Positions 13,301 through 23,334 of a DNA stretch of 64,000 nt are shown here, in pieces. The stretch spans positions 186,001-250,000 of the forward strand of contig QPGO01000057.1 of assembly GCA_008632985.1 (NCBI GenBank). The letters run 5' to 3'. How positions within the stretch are numbered: the stretch's first letter is position 1; each line of letters starts with the position of its first letter. The stretch is from Psammoneis japonica. Its lineage: Eukaryota. Below the pieces are notes generated by a model. The model was not told the DNA's origin. It saw only the letters and a program-made list of their open reading frames with translations, and made no database searches. A program made the translations under genes and the position numbers.

Positions 13301-16300
13301 CCACTCATTGCAAATGAGTGGCATTCAGAGAAAGCTGAACAATGACAAGTCATTCATGCCTTCATCATGCTGTGCATGCTTGGCCATCTTGACTTTGTCA
13401 GTCTCAGGATCCCACCAAAGAACATGTTCTTCAAGGTGTTTGGCAGATGACCAAGGAGTGCACCTTTCTTCAAGTTTGTCCTGAACGTGGCTGGATGAGC
13501 AGAAGATTGTCAAGGGTGATGGGAGATGCATCTTGATCTTTGGCAGGAGCAGCATTCTTGGTGTGGAGGCAATGGCAAAAAGCACAGGGCCAGAATTGGA
13601 TTGAGAGGTTGGCACCAATTAAAAAATTGTGTGAGTCACGTTCTCAACAGTTGAATGTGAGTGTTCAACAGGACCACATTGGTTGGATGCACCAGCATCA
13701 GAAACACATGTGTCACACTGGAATTCTCATTCAAAGAGGCCACAAACTTTGGGGTTCTTGTGCAATTCCCCACCTTGATCCACAAACACACATTTGTCAT
13801 GACAGTTTGGTGAGTGTCAATCCAAGAATCGGCAAAGCCACTTGAGAGGACTGGCTTTAGAGACCCGTGCAACACCATGGAGCATGTGCATTTTATGACC
13901 ATGCACAGTGATCTCCAACATGTTTCATCATTGAAACCCAGACAGTCAGACTTGCGCGGTCATCATTCTTGGAAGCCTGACCAGCAAAAAAAAAATCCAC
14001 AGCAAGGCCTTGGCATTGCTGAGTCGCCTTGTGGGTTGCATCAGGTCCATCAGGCGTCTTGACTTGTTTTGCCTGAACACACATTGGACAAACATCAAGG
14101 ACTGGGTTGGCATGTTGGAACTTGGGGACCCCTTTGACACACTTGCAAGCATTGTGCAAGCAATGGTTGCTGGGATGTCCAAGGCAGTGGTGCCACAGTG
14201 AACGTTCAGTCTCAACTTTGAGAGAACGGACCAGAGGAGAAGCAGGCAATGGTGATGAGACTTCATCAAGAGAATGACATTGCATCAAAAACAACTCAGC
14301 ATCCATCACAAGGGTGTCTGTTGGAGCTTGTTGGACATTGACACAGAATGCAGCACGTTGGCGTGCATCTTGAAGATCATCACCCCAGGTTGGATCGGAC
14401 GTTGGAGGTGCTGGACAGGCAGCAGTCTTGGAGGGGGGGACCAAAGGTTGAGCAAAAACCTTTCCATGACAAAGGACACCATGAACTGCTGCCTCTTGGG
14501 TGTCAGTTGAAGCAGCACATTCATCGTGGGACCCCACAAATGCGGAGGGACCCGCAACCCGGAAATGTGCAGAGTTCTACGTGAATGTGTGGGGACTGTT
14601 CACGCAGGTTTTGCACCAGAGCCATCTCGCGAACTGGGCGTTTTTTCGGATTTTTGTCGTAGAAACTGTGCCAGTTTTGCGCATGTAGGCTACATGTTTC
14701 AGTGCCACATACAAAAATTCGCGTAGAGCTCTACAGGAGGGTCCCTCCGCATTTGTGGGGTCTCACGATGAACATGTGCAAGCACTGTCAGCACAGGTCT
14801 TCTCAAGGAGCTTGGAGCAAATGGCATGTGGTTTAAAGCCAGAAGCCCACACAAAATCGCATTCATCAATCAAAGTGGAATGCAGGCTTGGGTGGCAAAA
14901 GGTGCGCGCAAGGAGAAAACCATCTGCATTCTCTGCGGGTGCTTGCATGCAACCACAGCCATGAGGAACCACATCAGAACCTTCAGCAGCAGGGAGCATC
15001 TTCAAAGGACAGGGATTGTCCGGTCCAAATGGAGTGCAAGCATGAAGAAGGTTCTCATCTCCTGCATGGGATGCCCAAGCACCAGCATCAATCTGTGCAT
15101 GGCATGTCATTGAATCTTGGAGCACATGATTGATGGGGACAATGGGGGCATTCAATGATTCAAAGGTTGCAGGTGAATCCAGAGGAGAAAAAATCGGGGA
15201 GATGTGCGCAGCACTCAATGGCGACAAGTGTTGATGGGCAGTCATGTCAAGGCACTCAAATTCTTGGTCTTGAGCAGTGGACAAAGGGGTGTCCACATCT
15301 TGTGCAGGGGATTCATGAAGAATGGGTTCCCTCCCCTGATTGATGCTGTCAGGGTCATCACCCGGAATTGTCTTGACATCCGGAGTGCTGGCCTTTGTCC
15401 AATCCGAAAGAAGATTTGCAAATGACACACGTGAAAGAGGCAATTCAGTGGAAGGCAACAAGTCAGGTAGACCCTCTTTCACAGTCACCCCACTTGCAGG
15501 AGTTGGTGTCAGATTGGAGGGAGACAGGTGGCATTGTGCACCCAAACACAACAACGGCCCTGGGAAAAATCCTTCTTGGTCTTCTCAGCCTTGAGCACAT
15601 CTTGAGCATGCCAACAATGGCCCCAGGAAAAATCCTTCTTGGCTGTGTCAGACTTGAGTGCATCACAAGCACGCTGATCATGTTGAAGAAACTGGGAGAA
15701 CCGAATGAGGTGAGCATGCAAGCACTCAGCATTGTTTGGTGTGGGACACTCATGGAACAAGTGGCCATCACCACAGACAACACAGGGGCGAGTCTGTGCA
15801 CTGTGCAGCAGCAGGTGATGCCTTGATCCTGCAGACACAAGCCTTGCAAATGTCACACAGTGCTTGCACTTCATCATCTGGTGGAATGTCCACAGGCAAG
15901 CTCATTCACAAAGCACTCCACAGCATCTGGAAGCACTTCTGCAGGAGGGGGATTGGTTTCCTTTGGGGGGTTCTTCAACAACAGGGGGTGGATCAGATGA
16001 TTTGTCTGCAGGCAGCAGCAAGTTTAGACCTCAAACAGGAGCTGCAAGAGAAGGATTTGCTGGGGGATGAGGAGTCCTGATTGTGGAGACAATGTGGAGG
16101 ACACTTGGGAGGATCCTTGGTGCAAAGAGCAGGACTGTCCAGTTCCTTGAGGACAGTGCCAATGGTCTCAACAATCTTCTTCTGCGCAAACTTGTGTTGC
16201 TTGTTCTTGTCTTCTCGAGCATCTGCTGTTTTGCAGTGCAGATGCTCTCCAAGTTGGGTGTTGCTGAGAAAAACATCCAGCTCACCAGGGTCATCAAGGG

Positions 16301-18250
16301 AAGCATCAACATTGGAGATGATCGCCCGCAGCTGAAGGAAGTCCCTGAAAAGAGCATTGTAACTGAGAATCATGAGATTGTTCTGGTGCAGGCAGCTCTT
16401 GATCAATTCATGTGGATGCTTCATCCAAATTGGAAGGATGTCAAATGGGGTCATCTTGAGGGTGGCACATCAATCTCCATGGCACTGGCAAACAATGTCA
16501 GGGCACTTGGAGTCAGCTGGAAAAATCCCAACTTTCTGGATGTGCTGGAAAACAGTCAACTTCATCCAGTCAAGTGGCACTTGCATGCGAAGTGGCAGAT
16601 CATCTGCAGGATCATTGCCACTTGTGAAACCCCAATTTCCACCATCCTTGACAAAACACCAGAGAGGATCCATGTGTGTGTGCCACAAGCCGAGGCTTGT
16701 TGGGTTGCGGCAGCATGCCATGCATGGATTCCTTGGGGAAGATGTCATCACACAAGTGAGAGGATCATGCAGAAAAGACTTGTCATCCCAATTGGTGCAA
16801 TGGACAAAGAGAGAACCATCAGTGAGGATGAGACATTCTGCACTGTCTTTGCAACAAACATTTCCAGACTTGCAGGGTGTTGGTGATTTCCCTGACACCA
16901 CCTTGCCCACTTCCTTGCATTGACAGCAAGCCAGCGCATCCTTTGGAAGTCCTTTTGGATCAAAGGTGTGCACAGCACTGGTTGCAGTTGAGGCAGAAGC
17001 TGCAGCAGTTGCAGTTGTGGTGGAAGGTGCAGAAGATGGTGCAGGAGGAGCAGTCTTCTTCGATGCATTGGCCACAGCTTGCTCAAACTGTTTTGGACCA
17101 GGTGGGTGAGTGGCCAAGGCCTCGGCAAAGTCTTCAGGAGTCACACCTGCAGCGGCAGCCAGTGGAGGTGCAGGACTTGGAGCAGACAGCAATTTTGGAT
17201 GTGGAGTGTCAGAGATGTTGTCCCAACAATCACAACACTGAAAACCAGGACAGAAATGGAAACGCAGAGTCTCAACACATGCTGTCATGGTGCCCTCGTT
17301 CTCTGAGATTGCTTTGATCACAGTCTTCTGAAGATCGCTGAGGTTCAGACAAACTGGAGAACCTCAAGGGGTGGCCACAAAGAGAGGAGCCTTGTCAATG
17401 ATCGGTCTGATTTGTGCAAGATCTTCATGTTGATGCTTTGATGCACACGCCATTTTTGTTGACCATGGCAGAAGCTGGCATGCTTTGGCTTTCAGGAGCC
17501 TGGTGTTTTGTGCATGACATGGATCTCTTCTCTTGCTGGTTGCCTGCACTGCTTCTGCACATTTGGACTCTGCACACACTTCACTTGTTTGGCAGAACTC
17601 AGCATCTGAGCTTCTTTGGTGTGCTGAGATGTGTTGATGATGCAGGGGGCATGAATTGAAGTGCCGGCATTTTTGAACTTTTTGGCTTTTGTTGTGAGCA
17701 GTGCACAATGTTCTGCAAAAAATGACAGGCAGCTCTCCTTCCAGTGTGATGGAAAAATGAAGCAGTTCATTGATTTGGTGCTCCCATTGCCCCACAAACA
17801 ATGCTGAAAAACCAGAGCTCACAGTGCAACAATGGAGCGACCCCAGCACAAACAACAAGCACTTGGTGCACAGCACATGCAATGGCAGGTGGCAACACAG
17901 GGGAAAAATGGCAACCGCACATGTCCCAAACACAACAATGCATTTTTGACAAGTGAGCACACGTGCTTGTGCAGCAAATCTCAGCGGCATGTCGCATCTC
18001 AACCTCTGAAGGTGTGTGCTGATGTGCAGAAAAAGTGAGAGAGACACACAAGGAGGGGGGCCAACACGAGTGTTCACCACAGTTTGCAGGCAACAAAGTG
18101 GCACTCACACACTGTGTCAAACAGCAAACACATGTTGATGGGTTTGTGTGTGGGGGTGTGTGACTTTGGCAAGTGAATGTTCGTCCAATGCGAGTGTGAA
18201 GTGCTCCGATGATTCTGTTGTGCGTGATGTGTCTCGGCCAACGGACGGAC
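10300..18250 (-). mobile_element. Degenerate Ty1/copia (CoDi-like) LTR retrotransposon, gag-PR-IN-RT-RH; ends approximate
   Basis: Minus-strand domains in copia order: gag-like (16-17.3 kb), protease QIDAGA (~15.09 kb), pre-integrase LWHHCLGHP...CPMCVQAKQ (~14.1 kb), RT ALQGHPEAGALWEKHIN and LLLHQVDDFALAC (~12.05-12.2 kb), RNase H SSMEAEFLAA...SRHIDVQHFAIQD (~11.1-11.3 kb). A polypurine tract AGGGGAGGG followed by TG lies at ~10.82 kb. Many frameshifts and TGA stops; a matching LTR pair was not found. Confidence 0.93.
14521..14771. mobile_element. MITE (251 bp) with 33-bp TIRs and ACAT target-site duplication, inserted in copia pol
   Basis: TCATCGTGGGACCCCACAAATGCGGAGGGACCC (14521-14553) is the reverse complement, with 1 mismatch, of 14739-14771. 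ACAT flanks both sides (14517-14520, 14772-14775). Removing the element rejoins the copia frame (...DSACTC|AASTDTQ...). Confidence 0.9.
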
Positions 18251-18294
18251 GTGGACTTGTATTTTCTTCTTCTCATTTCTCATTCCCTCCAACC

Positions 18295-21200
18295 ATGGCG
18301 TCCGCACCACCGCTATCGTCGCCTGCAAAGTTCAAAGCCTGTCTGACGACATTCAAAGAGACTTCTCTCTCGAACAGTAATGCTAAATTACAGTACGGGT
18401 ATTTGCTGTTGAGCGAGTTGGTTCAACGTGGAGTCGACGTGTCATCACTCTTCGCTTCTGACAATTCAAACGATGACCTGACACTAGTTTTCAACGCGGT
18501 CCAATCGACAGCGGGCAAAGCAACGTTGGCAGAACAAACGTCCATTCCGAAGCCTCTTTTGGTTGCATCCTGTGCGCTGTCTGGTATGATTTGTGAAAAA
18601 TGTGTAGGGCTACAATCAGATGAAGAAGCCGTTTTCGAGTTGTCTCGAGAGGAAGATACCGCCCGTCGACAGGCGCTGGAAAAGTCTCAGCAAGTCCAGG
18701 ATGGGCGAATACAGTGTCTTCTGCAACTTGTGCTATCACAGAAGGATGAATGGATTATGCAATTGCTCCTTATCGCGGAAGGCAACTATCTTTGTGCTGC
18801 ATCCATGCAACCAGACACACCGCAAATGTGGAAGCGCGCTCTTGACGTGATTGTCCTTAGACAAGAACCTCACCAACAACTCGTTGAAGCTACGTTGCCT
18901 CTCCAAGAGCTGTCTCGAATTGCGCAATCAAAGCAAAATCAAAGGCGGGTTTCAGAGCTAAGCTTGCGCTTGGCGGAAAGTTACCTGGGGCAAGCACGTC
19001 AATACCCGACACGATCATTACAAGAACAAATCTACAATGCATTTGTTGCCCCCTACGAAAAACAGCCCACAAGCAAAATGGACGAGGTAGGTTGTGCAAG
19101 TCAAGCTGTGGAGGCCTTGAAAAACTGCGATTTGTCCTTGTTACAGGAGACGGATCAGCAAGAACGTTGGGAGTTGCGATACTTTATGATATCTTTTAGA
19201 GCAAGCATTGTGACCAACGAAACAAGCAAGGTGGATCAGCTGGCGCAAGAGCAGTGTACAGCGGCCAAAAACCGTTCAAAGGGAACGTCGTCAACTCTTC
19301 AAACCTACAAGGAGTCTGCACGACAAGAAATCTTGCAAGAAAAAAACTTTTTTGATATTCAAGAGAAAGCCTGTTTGCTAAGAGATATCGCCCTTGCTGC
19401 TCTCGGGGAATCGATGTCTTTGCATCACGTACTGAATGACTCCATGCAGTTGCTATGCCAGCATATGGAACGTTTAGAATTTAGAGCTCGTGCTGTCGGT
19501 GTTCAAGCACGGGCGACAGCATTGAATTACAAAGAAGCATGGTCTAACCTATCATCATTTGTGGCGCCCATTTTTGATTACATTCAATCGCAAACAAACG
19601 AGGATATTCTCTCCGTTCTTCGCAAACTTCCTCGTGATGCACGAAAACTAATAGAATATGCCTCAATGGCGTCCACTGCTGTTGTCTGGATGACGGCCGC
19701 TTTGTCAACTGAGGAAATTCCTTGCCGAGAACTGTGTTATGATGTTTTGTCTGGATCTCTTGTCATTGCAAACGAATTGGAGCAAGAACTCACCTCTTCT
19801 GGGGAGGAGAGCGTGGTAAAGACCAGGAAGAAGGATCCGTATGTGTTGCGATTATCTTGCGCACACTCCACGGCGATGTCACTCCTGGCAATGACCAGCC
19901 AATCAGATACAACGCACCTTGAATTGATACAACGAGTAACCGACGAGGCCATAAACATGTCCAATCGAATCGTCACCGAAGCGGAATATAATCAAGAAGA
20001 GTATAAGTGGAGTGTCAAGTATGGAAGCGGGTTCCTACAGTTCCTTGTTGCGTGGTCCGGATTGCAGGCATCACCATTTCCATACTGCAATGTGACGCAA
20101 GCGCGACTTCTTATTCAAGGTGCGAGAAATTGTCTCAAAGACGCTGCCAAGGAATGGGGCCGACCCAACTCTCTGATTGAAGCCATTTTGGTGGATTTAG
20201 GACAATCCGATTCGGAGGGTGGACATCTTAACGGTGGATTCATGGGCGAAGCCGAAAAGTTGTTTCAAACGATACAACAGCAAGTTTCAACGATTGAGCC
20301 TGACCAGGAAGAGCACTTAAATCGTCCTCTTCTGGCGCTAGTGCAGATTCACTGTACCAACGGACTCGCAAACATTGCCTTGAAGAGCTACGTAGATGCT
20401 GACGCTGAAAGGACAGCAACCGAGCGAGCAGAGGTATTGGCTCGCGAGAGTCTGGAAAAGTTGGATGAACTCCACTCTAGCATTTCTAACATCGATCCTG
20501 AGATTTACTTGTGGAAATCACCGAAAGCATATGGACAGTCCCTTCAATACCATTTAAGCGTGGCGAGGCAGCTTGTGGCTGATTCCCTTATTCGTGCATC
20601 ACGCCCGCGGGACGCACAGTCATTCCTGGAAGACGCCGTGACGGATTCACCCTTGGATGTTGATGCAGCGATTGCGCTCGGAGCATTTCGCCTGAGAATG
20701 CTATTTTTTCCGAACGAGCAGTCGACAACATCCATCAGCGACGATGAAAAGCTATCTCAAACTCAGCTTCTAAAAGCCGCCAAGTTGGATTCGACGAGGG
20801 CAGACCCTTTCGCCTTACTGGGCTTGTGGTACGAACGACGAGGGGATACCAGACGGAGCGTGGGGTGCTTTTCTAAGGCTCTCTTGCTAGAACCATCTCA
20901 TCCCGTTGCTGGGAGGGGACTGCTTCGTTTGGAACCTGTTGAGAAGCTAAGTTCAATTCTAAATGCTGCATCCACTTCAAACTCGTCTTTGAACGGTTGG
21001 GCATGGCGTGCAATAGGTCAAAGAAAGGCCATTGTGGAATGCAACGATGATTTGGCGACCGTTTGCTTCCACAAGGCACTCCGATGTCGTGATGTGGAAT
21101 GCCCACAAAATGAGTCCCTTGGAGTATTTTACGGGAAGCCTCCACCGCAGACACCAGAGCCAGTTGACTCTTCCCCTCAGAACGACCTGAGCGATGTCTG

Positions 21201-23320
21201 GTCAGAACTAGCAGGAAGCTATCGTCGCCTTGGACGTTACACAGCAGCTTCTCGTGCATTCGAATCGGCCGACAAAGCAGCCGTTGGTGGTCTTGCTTCA
21301 GCCGTGATGTGCTCGTGGGCACAAGGTGCGTCGTTCTTGGGAAAGATAAATGAAGTGTGACGTGGTGACTTGAGTATTGACCTTGCGCTTTCTTGTATGC
21401 GTCTCGCTTTTCACAGTTGACCTTGAACTAGGATTGCACGAGGATGCGTTAGAAAAATATGGGAAGGTTCTCTCAGAGTGTGAGAATCATCCAGCACAAC
21501 CGACTGCAGCGTACGGCCAAGGAAGAGCTCTTTTAGCTCTGGCACAACGAGACGCACAGGACGGAAAGAGTGGGCTAGCGTTTGAGTACATCAAACGTGG
21601 TATTCATGGGATACAGGAGTCCCTCGTACGGAAGCAACACGATCATTTAGCGTCGCCTTTTGTGTGTGCGCTGAAGCTTTTAGGAGACTTGTTTTCGCTC
21701 GGAGCCAGGTTGCCTCCAGATGTTTTTGCCGAGGATCACAGCGAAATATTGATTGGGTCCGAGAGCGATGTCCCGCAACAAGCACTAAGACGCCAGATAT
21801 CGTTTGTCCAGTGTGGTGAAGATGCCTATCGAGCAGCTCTTGAGAGTCACGAGAGCCAAGATAAAACGGAGGACGCAGGAGTTTTAGCCGCCAGTCTCAC
21901 GTGTGACCAGGGCACCAACAAGCTTTTACAAGCCCAACTGCTTGCTTCGCTTCATGGCCAGCCTGGTGGAAACATCGAAGAATCTTCTCTAGGTCAAGCC
22001 GTCGAGAGTGTGTCTGAAGTTAAGGAAATGTTTGACGGTGCGGCGAGGATGTTTAATAGAGCGATCGAAATTGAACCTCTACACCCGTTGGGATGGTGCG
22101 GTCTCGGTTGCGCAATTTGTCCTGTCGACCCCCTGTTGTCACAGCACGCATTCTGTCGAGCTCTGCAACTCGACAAGACTTTGCCTGATGTCTGGTCGAA
22201 TTTGGGCTTCCTTTATGCTACACATGATGCCTTGACGGCAAGTAATTCAATGATGGATGCACTGACGCAAGTTGCAGATGATCCAATGATGTGGGTAGGT
22301 CGAGCTTTGCTCCTAGAACGCAAGGCTGCTACTCTTGGCAACGAAGAAGCATCTGAAGAAAATCCCGAGGCGTTGGTTATTCGCGCGGCCGACGCTTACC
22401 GTGCTGCGCTGCAGGTGTCGAGGCATCCGAGTGCACTGCTTGGTCTTTCGCTAACCTGCAGAATAACAGGGTCGAGAACTTTCCACGACGGATCTGACTA
22501 CTTTGATGCCATAGGGAACCAAACGCGGGAGGAAAGCTTCGCATTCATGAGCGAATTCCTTGGTAGCACAGGCGGTATCAATGCAGCTGCATCGGACGTT
22601 GGCGATGTCATGGCGATAGAGGACAAGCTTGCGAAGCACGTCAGCTCGGGATTATCACCGAGCGTCGAAGGAAAGAACAAACATGCAGGCCTTTCTACTG
22701 ACGAGGAACTTCAATCCAAGTTGAGAAAGATAAAGCAGAAACGTGTGGTTCAAGCAGCGCCATTCGAAGAGGAAGGAGAGGACGCCTTGAACGATGGTGG
22801 GTTTATAGATGCGTCTGATTATGGATTGAGTGTGTCTCGTCAAATTATGTACGACCCTGAAAATGGGAAGCTATGGCTTCAGCTTGCAAAAGACGTTGCG
22901 AGAGAGATGATTGCAGTGTGCGGCTCGGGCTCTCCCAAACGAAAAGGTATTACTTCGACTATCGAGTCTGCCACGACTGTCACAGACAGAGCTTCCAATT
23001 TACTCGCTGAGCAGCTGTTCAAGCCAAAGGTTCTACACCCCACTCGCTGCTATGACGATCCAGATCAGAATGAAGCCACATCTGAAGCTCAACCGCTTGT
23101 CCGTGACTTTGTCAATCATCAAGACGTTTCCAGTGCTCTCTCGCTTTCCTATTGGGTAGCGAGAGCTGGTAGCGAAATTTCCGACGATTTCGCCTTTGCC
23201 GACAAGAGAAATTACGATTTACAACGTGCTCTGATCATGAACCCGACTAACCATCTTGCTCGAGAAGCTCTGGCAATGACTTTCGATGACGCTGACACAG
23301 TTGATAACGAAAATCTATAA
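18295..23320 (+). CDS. SKI3: Large TPR protein, superkiller SKI3/TTC37-like; one intron at ~21327-21416
   Basis: Two long ORFs joined by a GT-AG intron. TPR blocks LLKAAKLDSTRADPFALLG..YE, CFSKALLLEPSHPVAG, WAWRAIG, WSELAGSYRRLGRYTAA and LSQHAFCRALQLD..VWSNLGFLY resemble Ski3. Confidence 0.7.
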
Positions 23321-23334
23321 TTTTCACAGTCAAC

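Noticed and set aside
10300..18250. Paired LTRs and primer-binding site of the copia
   Set aside because: A PPT-like tract is visible at ~10.82 kb, but I could not find a matching 5' LTR or a convincing PBS by eye, so they are not annotated.
7380..18260. Classical fungal RIP or plain 5mC deamination as the full explanation
   Set aside because: RIP generates TpA and lowers CpA/TpG, the opposite of what is seen. CpG deamination cannot remove TpA or turn Tyr into Cys/His.
18148..18294. N-terminal extension of the 1070-aa ORF
   Set aside because: It starts at a non-ATG codon and is open only because the upstream DNA lacks TA-containing stops. ATG 18295 is the plausible start.
7386..18328. Dozens of 60-310 aa ORFs in the TA-depleted blocks as real genes
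   Set aside because: They arise from loss of TAA/TAG. They overlap in all frames, have aberrant composition, and are either antisense to or fragments of the dead copia.
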